DNA of 64,000 bases from Tubiluchus corallicola (lineage: Eukaryota > Animalia > Priapulida): NCBI GenBank assembly GCA_030141605.1, contig JAQGDQ010000052.1, positions 62,001 to 126,000 of the forward strand, read 5' to 3'. The position numbers and the translations under genes were made by a program. Within the stretch, counting starts at the first letter, position 1. The number at the start of each line of letters is the position of its first letter. Shown here piece by piece: positions 40,901 through 53,300 of this stretch. The notes under the pieces are model-generated. The model searched no databases. It was not told the origin of the DNA and saw nothing but the letters and a program-made list of their open reading frames with translations.

Positions 40901-43470
40901 ACAAAGTTACTTACCCTGTGCATTAGCTGTTGTTTCTATTGTATCTAGCTTTTTTGGAGTGTATCCAATGCTGACTAATTGTTATCTAGCATGAAAGTGC
41001 TGTTTTGTCATACATGTTCGCTTAATTGTTTTAATTTTTTTCTAATAACTCTGATGTTTGCATCACGTCATTTCACTATGTTTGCCATTCATAATATCGC
41101 TAACGTGCTCAACGCCGTAAAAGTTTCATTTTTGGAAAATAAATAGAACGAAAAGCTGATCAAGTAATCATTGTATAATTATTGTTTTATTTGTTGGTCA
41201 AAAGAAAATAACTATGAAAAGATTGCAACAAGAAAACTTAAAACAAGAAAAGCATACGATGCTTATGTAATACACATGTGTACTTGCTGGTATACTAATA
41301 CAGTGTTACTTTGCATATTCTCAGGATGTAAAGTTCATATTGCACTACACGGATGCTCACAAGGAAGGTACGAAATATCTCACTGATTTTTATTATTGAT
41401 TTGTAGACAAACAGAATATCATATTGAACAATATTTGTGTTGTTAGGCTATCTAAAACATTATGTATGGCCAAGATATTGGCAGTTTGTGTTTGTAGTTT
41501 CCTTTTTGTTACATACCAGCTAACTTTTTACTGAGATGATTCAGAAATGAAAATATTTTTATTACGTAAGAACTTAGACCGCTAGGTATTTATTATTTTA
41601 CATTATTCGAATTATGCGATTTGTGTTTTTTGTACATATTCCAAACAAGGTCATTTGCTACTCTAGATAATTGGCCACTGTTACAATGTGAAAATACCAG
41701 CAGAACAATATTAATGCAATGTAATAATATAATGTAACTAATTTACTAGTGATCAGGGTATCTGCTGACATTCTTCTTGAAGTAGTGTTCACAGGAGAAA
41801 TTTTTCTGGTAAGGAATTTGATAAATGATGAGCTCAAGGAAAAACATGGATTTATGAACAGTAGTTTTGCACCCATTATATTCAAAATGCAAATAAGAGA
41901 AGTAGCAGCAAAATGAATATTCAAAACAAACAGGTGAAACTTGGGAAGTACTTGATGAGGACAGGTATCAAAGAAGCTTCATTTAGCAACTAATCTTCAA
42001 CTAGAGACTGTTGAAGCCTAACCCAGACAGACTGACAGTAGGATTTTGCAAAGGTAACAAAGGGCTAAGGTAACAAACTGAAGCACTAGCTCCGATGTGA
42101 CTGCAATAGTTCATGCAAGATCAAATGGATGATTTGAAAAGACACCTTCAGGTGTAGGATAATTGCGAGCATGCTACACGCATTCTATTTTCTTTGTAAA
42201 CGTTACATTATATCACTGTAAATACTATGTGAATTCATTATCATGATTATTATGCACATATTTTAATCTGTTGTTCTTAGCTTTTCTCAAGTGTAAAGTA
42301 CCAGACAAAAAGTAGCAATAGCAATAGTTTCACATTTATTTGGGTCCGCTAGCACACACATTCAGTTTTTGCATTTGGAGCAAAATTTAAACACCAGTCT
42401 GACTCTTCTGAGACACAATTAATAGTTCCTCAGTTTTTTTTGTTTTCTACAATAGATCTTTTATCCTTGCAGCCAATATCCATCAATTTTGGAAGCTTTT
42501 AGGTCTAAGGTTGAGGTGATATGGGCAACAGAATGATTAGAAATTGAAGGATCTGCTGTTGTTGAAAATAATGGAAGCTGCTGTCATGCTTGCACTGTTT
42601 CTAAAAGATCTGTTCTCATGTGCAAGTGATATTTGTCTCAGTTTGAGTTAGTCAATAATTTAGATAGGTGGTAATAATTTCTAATAGTTTCTTTGACTGC
42701 TATCTTGTGACTTCGCTGCTGACATATGATGAAGATTAGCCCAGCTTGCAACAGGAATCAGAAAAAATTGTCTGCAAAAGTTATATACTGTAACAAGCAA
42801 ATTTTGTTGCTTCAAAAAATCACAAAAATTTCAGTGTTATAAGGACACTGGCAAACTTCTGCTTCAATTTTTATTGGACGTTGTTTCTGTAACTGTGAAT
42901 TTTATATGTAGACATTCACTCGGTGATGAGTATGTCAGGAACACAGGATATAACGAAGTTGGTGAATTAAATGACATCATCATCCTCTATCCCCAAGCAA
43001 CAAAATCAACCTTTCCGTACAACCCCTATGGCTGTTGGGATTGGTGGGGTTACTCAAGTGTCAACTACCGTGAGTAGAAATTATTGCAGTTTTGTATTAA
43101 AATAACTGATTTTAAAACTGTTCACTTATAAGTGTAGTTAACATTGCTTTTTTATTTATTTATAAGAGCAGATGTTAGAGTCATTGCTAAGACTAACTTC
43201 TTTATTTACTTGGTGTAAACTTACTCTTTTAAAAACTCACTAAAGATACTAAGTTTTACCTATTTTTATAATTTATGTACTTTTTACATCACTTGACAAA
43301 AATTGTTAATAGATTTTGTAAATAAAACTTAGTACCGTCAGGTGATTTAGGCCTCCATTGTTGTCAGTAACTAGCTTGTACATAAAAACAAAGTTTTTGC
43401 TTTTTCAGCAAACAAGCTTGCACCACAAATGGTTGGAATTGAGCGTATGCTACAGCGTATTCTCTCATAA
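34955..43470 (+). CDS. Secreted PHB/PHA depolymerase-like esterase, copy 1; 10 exons, 335 aa
   Basis: Exons: 34955-35033, 35958-36155, 36570-36692, 38808-38899, 39526-39639, 40286-40318, 40679-40784, 41325-41367, 42912-43069, 43409-43470 (all GT-AG, in phase). Signal-peptide-like exon 1, [10 protein letters not shown] lipase box, [10 protein letters not shown] (Asp), AEHTFPT (His), [25 protein letters not shown] and [11 protein letters not shown]. Confidence 0.9.
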
Positions 43471-43774
43471 AATCTGTCTTATGCTTTTTTAAGTAGTCTG
43501 TGGTCCAAAAAATTTGTCTACACAGATTAAAAATAAAAGTGTGTAAAAAACATAGTAATTTTTTGTGTAATTTTTATGCTTAGGAACTGGCACAAAAAAT
43601 TTTTATTAACATAATTTTGATGCAGCATTATTTCCTGTTTGGGAAACATAGTTAATATTATACCTTGTATGATTTTTTTTGCTTCATTTTTTATGTGAAA
43701 TTTTGCAGCTATTTCTCTGGAATTTATAAAATTAATTGCTATAATTACTCGATACTTTATTAACTAAGAAAAGT

Positions 43775-43872
43775 AAGTTTAGTGGAAAATCCCGATATCT
43801 GAATGTGTGAATACGTCTGTTAAAAGTTTAGTGGAAAATCCCGTTATCTGAATGTGTGAATACATCTGTTAA
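43775..43872. repeat. Tandem repeat, 2 x 49 bp
   Basis: aagtttagtggaaaatcccg.tatctgaatgtgtgaatac.tctgttaa occurs twice. Confidence 0.9.
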
Positions 43873-44189
43873 CTACAAAATTTTGAGAGCAAATTAATAG
43901 CAAAACTGATACTAACAATACTGAGTCAAAATAACTTATAGGTTTAATTGTTCACTAAAATATTTGCTGCAAAATAATTGTGATTGTAACTAACAGAATT
44001 AATGGCAGCTAAATAAAAGCATTTTGTTTCTTTTATTTATTGTTTTTTTGTCAAAATCGAAGCACCCTTGCAAATCTGTGCAAATACTTACACAAGTAAA
44101 ATTGTCTATAATATTCTTAGCAATAGATATTTTCTGAGCATACACAGACAAATATTAGAATGTTAGAAATGATTAGAGGTGTTGTGGTC

Positions 44190-44420
44190 TTGCTGCACAA
44201 GGCATTCAAAATGATAAGGCATGTCTTACTTTTAAAATAAAAGAAAAAACATTCATATACATTCATTTGTATTGATCAGTGAGATTTGCATGCAACATGT
44301 GTTATTTTTCCCATAAGCTTCGCACAAAACATGTTACTGATGTGATACTGTCATAGAGTTATTCAAAAAAGACAGTCAGTGGCTCAATGAGAGATGGCCA
44401 TTGCCATCTTTATAATTTTT
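44190..44420 (+). pseudogene. Decayed duplicate of the promoter and first exon of depolymerase copy 3
   Basis: Colinear with 61190-61410 (tgcacaag.cattcaa.atgataa, gtgagatttgcatgca.catgtgtta.ttttcccata, agatggc). The ATG at 44394 reads MAIAIFIIFDK... and then stops with no donor site. Confidence 0.75.
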
Positions 44421-44968
44421 GATAAATCAGCAACAATATTCGAAAAATATTCGTTTTTTTAAAGATTTCTAATAGTTGGTTACATTATAGTTAACAAATT
44501 TGATTGTGTGGTAATTGCTTATTATGAGCGTTGATATGATAAGAATTGTAGAGCTGCCGAATTTTAGGTTTGAAATTTAGCTGATATCTAGGTTTTTTCA
44601 TTACTTTAGTGTTTGAAACTACAAAGCAGCAATCTATTTGCATTTCATTATATCTCGCTGCTAGAAAAGGGAGGTGTCAACATGTGTGTTAACTCTTTTA
44701 TTTGTTTATTTGTATTCTTGTTGTCTGGTGTTATGTTTGTTTCTCTTGTGCATTCTTTCATTCCTTTAGTTGTATATCTCTTTATCTGTCTATTTATTCT
44801 GTCTATTGGGCTCCTTTTGATGTGTATGCTTACTTTACTAATACAGTGGTAGCCGGTATGATTTTGACATTCCAGCAGTAGAAAATTGGATCGCTGGTAA
44901 ATATTGGGTATTATCTTATTATGCTTCGTGATTTAAAATGAACTCCTAAAGAGGACAAGTTCAGTTGT

Positions 44969-45362
44969 TAAACAATAGCCAATGTTTTCAGCTTAGATTT
45001 ACAAAAGTCAACAAGGGATTTGTGATGTACTTGCATTATATAAGGTATAAATTGCATACTTGTAACATATATTATAGTTATTCTGATGAAACGCATAAGT
45101 GTTTATTACTATCTCTAAACATAGCAGGCTACACACTATAAACAATCTAGCATTGATTCTAAAGTGCTCTATTATCTTAGTAAGAAAACTTATTGCAATT
45201 TCTTAATAAACAATAGCCAATGTTTTGAGCTTAGATTTACAAAAGTTAACAAGGGATTTGTGATGTACTTGCATTATATAAGGTATAAATTGCATAGTTG
45301 TAACATATATTATAGTTATTCTGATGAAACGCATAAGTGCTTATTACTGTCTCTAAACATAG
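44969..45362. repeat. Direct repeat, 2 x about 156 bp (44969-45124 and 45207-45362)
   Basis: The two copies are near-identical with a few substitutions. They lie at the inferred duplication junction. Confidence 0.9.
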
Positions 45363-45364
45363 GT

Positions 45365-45820
45365 CTGGTAATGTATTGTTTCGTACAAAATAACAACTCA
45401 AACAGGACATTTTTTAAATTTTTCTGATACTTAGTAATATAATTTTAACATGATTTTCTAGATGCTCAAAATGTTATTATGAGGGTGACGTATCAGCGTC
45501 GGTGATTGTTGATACTTTAAACGGGGTAGCCTGTCACGAGGGGCATAAAGTTTAGATTTTAAACTTTTCCCATAATTCATGGTGAGTCATAAATTGAAGT
45601 AATTTTTATTACACTAATAAAGCCATTATGTTATGAAGCCTTTTTTATATTACGACGTAATTTGAATGGTGCTGTGAGGTTGTTTTTTTGTGATATCTTG
45701 GCATAAGGCATGAAAAAGATGAAATTTCTAGGTTACTAATTATGGCCAGATTTAATTTTAGATTATTTTTAATAGTATTTTAAAAAATACTTTTAATAAG
45801 CATTTATGATATAACAGCAG
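45365..45820 (+). pseudogene. IDO pseudo-fragment (decayed exon 7 and 3' end of exon 10 with flanking intron)
   Basis: tgatacttagtaatataa...gatgctcaaaatg...aattcatggtgagtcataa matches 22781-22940, with the acceptor changed cag>cat. cttggcataaggcatgaaaaag at 45697 matches 27368-27389, with the donor changed gt>at. Confidence 0.8.
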
Positions 45821-46496
45821 AATGCCACTATGCAATTTACTGTGTTATCAATCATGACAGACCTCAGTTCATTCTTCTCCTGTTCTTGTTTTTAATAAAT
45901 ATTATTAGCGTTTAGCAAATAAATGTACAATATGTAATAAGGGTCCAGACCTCATTAACATATTGTAGAGAAATATTGTTGCTTTGTTTACTTTGGTATT
46001 TAATCATTATATTGAACAATAGAGAAGAATAACATAACATCACTATTTATGTTTGAGTGTAAATACATTCCTCGTCTGTGATTTGATAATAATTCAATAT
46101 TTCCAAATGGCATAATGGTATTGTAGACATCAGTTAACATCTGTTCACTATAAATACATAAACATTTCAATGCAATGCAATGCTATGACACATATCATAT
46201 TCCTTTATTCCTTAAATTAGCATTTAGCAAACATAAAAATTACATTGAGACGCACAAAAGGCTTTCCAAGTCTGGGGTTCTTGTGCCTTCACGTAGCTTC
46301 TGTTCGCAATTTGAGTTTAGGCCAGTTATTATACCTGAAACACTTCTGGCAGCCTTAAGTTTTTTTGGTATGAGATGACTTTTGGACAAAGGTCATCCCC
46401 GAGGGCATATTCAGAACAGGGGTAAACAGATGCAGAGTAATGGTGGGCATGATGGGAAGAATCTACTGACAACCTAACATAGCCATAACGAATTTT

Positions 46497-46885
46497 ACCC
46501 CTCCCTCAGAGAGGAAAGGAGGGAGGAACCCGGATAGTGGTTATAGTAGGAAAATGCGTCAGCTTTGTGTCAGGAATTAGAGGACTTGCCACCTATCAAC
46601 AATCCATCCAGAATGTTGAAGTAGGTGTTAGGCGATGGGTGGAAAACATTGACGAAAATTTTTCAACACTCCCCAGAAAGGGCGGATCCAGGAATTCAAT
46701 TGTGACTATATTGTTATAAAGAAAGATTTTGTCCCACAAAATGTCAAGTGTAAATTTTTTGTGATGGGTGGCAACTTTTGGGCAGTAGTTTGCAATGACT
46801 CTTCCTCCCTGAAAAGGAGGAAGGGAGGATCCAGAATGGTGTGTACAATGAGAAAATTTGAGTCAGCTCAGTGTGGGAGTATTAA
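46497..46885. repeat. Repeat with recurring GC-rich hairpin units
   Basis: cctccct...agggagg hairpins at about 46499 and 46803, with a decayed one at about 46669. The middle part resembles 9035-9180. Confidence 0.5.
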
Positions 46886-47386
46886 ACTGGCCTGTCAATT
46901 TAACAGTGAATAGAAATATTTTATCCCCTCCCCAATAAACTTGTTTAGTTTGAGAGGATACATGTAAAGATTTACCATTTTCGACGGCTGGGTTTGAAAA
47001 GCTGGCCAATATTTGAATTTTTTTCGAGCTCCTTTTCATGTATTTAATAGCTTTTAATATAATTTGCCCTGTTGGATAGAAGATCTGGAATGCTAAGTTG
47101 AAAAAAGCTGTCGAAAATAGTAAAATGTTGTTATATTTCAAGTTTTAACCACGGGATTGCAGGAATTTAGCAAATTTTAGCAAAAATTGCTCTACACACA
47201 GCCATGGGCCTGGCTTGCATTGGATCAGCAGAATAATGATGAGTAATGGCTACCTTGTGAAAATTTTCACCTGTTATGTTGTGGCCTGAGTTCTAACTGT
47301 TAATGTGTAAACATGAACTCAGGTTTGTACCACATGTAAACAGTGTTGCTAGATTTTATTTCAAAATTCCCCACTGACCTAGCAAT

Positions 47387-50300
47387 ATGGTGTCTTACGC
47401 TCATGAAATTATTTTTCTTGCTGGGGTATTCTTGCTGTTAGTACTACCAAGTGCAGCCCAGTTGGGTGAGTGAAATAACATATTTATGATTAAATAAATA
47501 CTACTAAACCAATAAATTTTCCTATCAATTGCTAACTGACTTTTTTCATGTTAGCGAGAGTAGCCTATTAACTTGCATGTAACAAATTTACATCAGATGC
47601 TAGATAGTGCTTGTCTTGGAAACATTTGTTTTACAAGGCTAAACCACTTCCAGTTCTGGAACTGATCAAAGTTGCAACAATCTTGGTAATACATAGTTTC
47701 ATTTATAATGTTGTTAGTTATTTGTACTGATGAGCTTCGTCTAGGAAGTTTTGTATGTTGAGTGCTGTCTTTCAGCATTCACCACATCATATGCAAAAGA
47801 TTGTTTCAAATTAATGTATCTTATTTTTCAAATCTAGTTCAATCACTCTGTTTTGGTCTCACTGTTTGTACCAACAAGTCACCAATTTGAAACCTTTTGA
47901 CAATTTAGCACAGCTCCTTTCATTCAATTTTTTTTTAATCTTTCACGAAATCTGGTTCTTCTCATCCATTCTGTCCCACTTAAGTACATCAATTTTTACT
48001 AAATTTGATGCCTGCTTTAGTGATTTGGTTTCTGTTTTCAGTTTAAGTATTTTTGTTTCTCCTTCAAGCACTGCATGTACAGACTTTCGGAGTGTACAGC
48101 TATGCTTGTAGAAGTTTTTTATTTTGTAGAGCTAAGGGCTTTGCTATCAGTGGGTTTCCCTTCTAATCATATCTATGCTTAGACTTGTTGTACAGCTATA
48201 TTTGGTGGCATGCAGTAGTTTCAGTGTTCGTTTTGTATTTTCGTTCACACAACCAATTAACCTTACCTAAATTTTATTTATTATATCATTCACTATCGAT
48301 ATTCTCATAGGGGGCTATGGAGCAGACAAGAACAAGGTCTCTGTTTCTGGCATATCTTCTGGTGGTTGCATGGCAACACAACTTCATGTGGCATTCTCAA
48401 ACACGTTTATGGGCGTTGGCATTATTTCTGCTGCCCCTTATTACTGTGCTCAGAGTAACACAGTCACTGCCACAACAGCATGCATGAAAACTCCATCACT
48501 TATATCAGGTACTTATGTTACAATTTTCAGAGATGTAACAATGAAAATTGTCAAAACTAATTTCACAAACAGTAGCGATACTGTTATGAAACATAGTTAT
48601 GAACTGCTCAGAATTAATAAAGTAACTTTTTATGTGTTATTATGTGTTGGAAATTATGCAGGACTGGTCCAATGACAGATTTATGCAATACTCAATCAGT
48701 TTTTATTCTATCAAGGAGTTTTCACAGTGCATTCCAATGTACAATGTGACTGATCTGGCAGTCAGTCATCTGTTTTTTTTTCTACAATGATGAAAAACAA
48801 TTTATTTTTCCGTTGTATAATCTTAAAATTGCTTCCAAAATTCTTTGACTAAATAGGTTCAATTTATGTATAAATTGATAATTGCTGTTTGCATTTTTCC
48901 ATTTGTGTCAAACTAAGTAGTGGTCATTTTCTGCAGTTTTCAATTTAGGCTATGCTTATAAAAGTGCCTAAAATTTATCGACTCAGATGTGAATGAGTTT
49001 TATGTAATTGTGTTAGTCGTAAATAACTATGTTATAAAACAGCAATTATGCATGTACTGCAAAAACTGTAAATTATCCACATGTAATACTTGAATGACCC
49101 CTTACTTTAAATGAGTGATATTTTAATAAGTGTTAGAATTAAAGTTTTTAAATTTTGGTATATAAATATTATTGTGACTGCTTCTGAATCATTTTGCCTT
49201 TCATTGTTTATATTTAGTGTCAAAATTATGGTCCCAGACAACCTTGGCACAGAATACTGGTGTCATAGACCATACATCAAACATGGCCCATGACAAGGTG
49301 TGGTTGTTTAGTGGAGCTGCAGACAGTGTCATGGATCCAGGTAAATAATAAAAGTTTTAAAGTGAACAGCTGTTATAATGTCAAGCTGTAAAACTTGTTT
49401 TTTTAGATACATTGTTATAATTCATATGTTTAACTTCTTTGTTCTATTTACTACATACATCTATACACATGTACCGAGTGCTGTGGTGGTATGGTATAGT
49501 GAAACAAATTCTCATCTGAAAAACGATGTATAATATTGCACTACAAGAACTTCTGTAACAGTTTAATTGCTAACCCGTCTATCAACTCTCTTTATTTATT
49601 AATTTACTGTCTTTATCTATCTCTTTATCAATTTACCTTATTAATTTTTTTTGCTAAACTGAAAATGCTTAATAGTGTAATGTTTTTAATCAAATGTGAA
49701 ATATCAGTTTTTCATTCAAAAATTATTGCAATATCATGGAAAATTCTAATTTTTTGTTGTGTATTGGCCTATATGGTATTGCTTTTGGTTTTGTGTAATT
49801 TTTGAATTTATTTTTAACTTTATAACAAACCTGTAGCAAAATGGCAAATTCTTGTAATAAAGTAAATCCTTTTTATGCAATGCTGAGTTACAGTGTGAAC
49901 ATTAGTGTATTAAATTTTCTTATTTTGGAACTAAATTGTAAAAGTGAAATTAAATTTTGAATCACAGATTTCATCACCTGAAACAGATTTCATCACAAAA
50001 TTTTGCTAAAGCATTACTGAATATCTGATCAATTTTCTTCAGTAATGTCATGCTGCACTTTCAGTATTACTAACACATTTGGTTGTAACTCATTACATTA
50101 AATCTTTGTCTGCTCTGAATAAGCAGGTGTGACGGAAAAAGTTGAAGAATATTATGGGAACTACGTGCACTCATCCAATATCAAAAGTGTCTTCTCTGTG
50201 AATGCTGAACACACGTTTGTGAGTAAGCTTAATACTGAAGTCGAATGTTTGAATAAGGCTATTTTAGTAATATATTAGTTTTAATTGTAAGTTTTGTGGA

Positions 50301-53300
50301 CATGAAATTGTAATGCTAGTCTTACTACACTAGACGCCGCGTAATAGATTCCAGGTTAATAGACTCAATCGCTTAATTGACTCAAAAACATATTCAAATG
50401 TACATAAAAGCTGTCGGTAATTGGCTCAAATAACTCCACATAATTGACTCAATATTTTTGTTTCACGTGCTTCAATAGACACTTTCGTGTGACTAATAAG
50501 CTATTATGACTTTTATATCATCTTAATTCGCTTTTGTCCTATAATATACATAGAAACAATTATGTTAAGTACCGTTTTGTTTGTAAGCAGGAATTTTTAT
50601 CATATGCTAATGGTTTGCTTTGACCTGTCCGTCCACTGCAACTAACCTCGTTACCCAAGAATTCCTGGAAGCTAAACATTTAATCACTTGTTTAGAGGTT
50701 TGCTTTTGAAGCTCTGGCTGTCTTAGCCAGACGGTTTAATCAGTTAGATGTTGCTGTTGTGTTAGGGACGTACAGTGCAGTAAGTACATCACGATAGCAA
50801 GCGGGAACTTAGGCGAAACTTCAGACGAAGTTACTTGCGGCGAAACACGGGCTCCATCAACAGTTTAAGCACGCCAAGCACTAAGTATTTTACAAGAATT
50901 TATGCATCATACAACAACAGATTTTCAGTGTTTTTATCATTATCAGAACTTTGTGATCCGACTTCTTCATGATAAAATGAAGCAGCCGACTTTGAAGGAA
51001 TTTTTATAACTTTTGTAAATAAACAGATTTGTGTGATTTAGAAAAGTATACTTGTAATTTATTCAATTCAACTTCAATTTATTTATCTCTTTATAGTGTT
51101 ACAATAAAACATGATTAATAAAAGAATCTCTAATAAGTTTTGAAAAATGGTTAAAATGTATAGATAGATCTAGAACTAGAGAAAGGATAGCGAAAAGACT
51201 ATAAAGTCACCTAGTCTGCTATCCTTTACCGAATATAGATAAAAATATTTTTAGACACTGGTGGGCATTAATGTTATCAGTTTAATTTAGGAAACATTAG
51301 TAATTCTTAAAATTATGACATTTTCTATATAATCCAGAGAAAAGAATATACATGTAGTTTAATTAGCGGGCAACAAAATAAGGTCAATCTTGATTAAACT
51401 AAAAATTGCATTTAGATTTTATTTGAAATACAGGTCAAAATTATTATGAAATGGTAAAAACACTTTGGGTTAATAATGCTATTAATCAACAACAGGAGTT
51501 AAATACATTTTGATTTGAGTTCAACTTCATTATTTCTAGGCTTATTGATTAAGAACAAATCTACTGACTAGGACAATAATACTAAGTAATATAATTCTCA
51601 ATATACTGATATGACAAGCATTTAGCTATACAGGTTTTTTAGTAATTTTATAAAGGAGAGGTAAGACTTGTGCAATCTGTGAACAACACCTAAATCTTTA
51701 CTCATAAAATAGTATTGCAGTATGACTTTAATAATTACTCTGCTGTAAAGAATTATTGCTAATTCACTTACATAAATTAATATTTTAGAATATTTTTTTA
51801 ATTTTAACTGCACAAACGAATTTAGGCATTACTTCATTTCTAAAATTTATTAAAAAACCCTGGCAATGCATACTAAACTGGTGATCATACGTCTATACCT
51901 GTAATACTACACCCATCGGTTAATAGATTCAATGCTGTTAATTAGGTCAAAACACTTCGGTCCCAAAGTGAGTCTGTTAAGCGGCGCCTACTGTACTGTG
52001 TTTAGTAACTGTACTCAGTGGATGCATTTGTACCATTCCATTTATTTCAATATTTGTAGCAAACATAAAATATGTAGCTAAAATATGTAGGTCTACTATA
52101 ATGATCCAGTTGTGTGAATTGTGTATTGTTCTAGGACCGGGGTACTGTTGTGTTGTCATTAGTCCACTCTCTTAGCATCGAGTTTTGCCTATTACTAGAA
52201 AGCTATGTATATAGTGCAATAGAGATTGTCTGGAGTAATTTTTGCCAGGATTATGTAACGCTTTGGAGGCCTTCAGTAATTTTCGCCAGGATTATTTAAG
52301 TCCTTTGCTGTATTTAGTAACTTCACTGAAACTTGCTGCTTACAGAATTCCAGGTACACGGTTTCATGAAAGACAACACATGGAAGCAATAATTGGTTCC
52401 TTTTGTGTTTCTTTGCATACTAGTTCCTAAAGTCACATTTAAACATGCTAAACTTTCTTTTTTGTAGGTAATAGTTGTACCACACTACTGTTAGTTTGTG
52501 TATAGGTCATATTCTGTGTAGGCTTCCAGTTTTGAAATTAGCCTTGGAACCTGAAGTTCGTGAGGAAAGTGCAGAGACAAACTTAAGTGTCTTATTCGAA
52601 GTTTCGAATGATGTAATTACTGTAATGCTGAGCATCTTGTTTAATAGTAGTGTGCTAGCTTGTGTGGTACAGTAGTGTTCCAAGCAGCTTTATTTGCCTT
52701 GTATGTTGTTATGTAGTCTGGAATTTAATTGCTGTGTTTTTGACACACAGAACCTTTTGCCCACATTGCCAATTCCCGGTTAAGGGAAAATAAATACTTG
52801 ACTATTTGGACATAATTTGTTGTTTTTAGCCAACTCTTGATAATGGGGTTGCATGCACCATGAAAGAGCTTCCTTATATTGGGAAGTGTGACTATGATGC
52901 GGCTTACGAGATGCTAAATCATATCTATGGTGGTGGATTAATGGTATGATAAAACTTTAGTTCACAAGTTAAAAAATTAATAATTTTATTTTAGTATAGA
53001 TTGTAATATGTATAAGCATTTGTGATCTGCCATTACAGTGTTAAAACTAAGCAGCCTCAAGATGATGTAAAATGTAAAATCTAAAGTTGTAAAATGACGT
53101 TGCTTCACGAATAAATTTAAATAAGTATGAGCTAGGGTGTCCTTTGTTTAAAATGAAATTCAGTAATTAGCTATTTAATTAGAGCTGTATAATTAATTGA
53201 TTTTAAATTTCATGTTTCCATGAGCCAATCAAGTCGAAACTTGTTTGAAGTATGTCATTGGTTCAAAATAAAAAATTCATTAGTAGTAATTCATTAATTA

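Noticed and set aside
50821-50855. Hammerhead-like cagacga...gaaac
   Set aside because: The core is mismatched and the stem is weak. It lies in frame within the transposase remnant.
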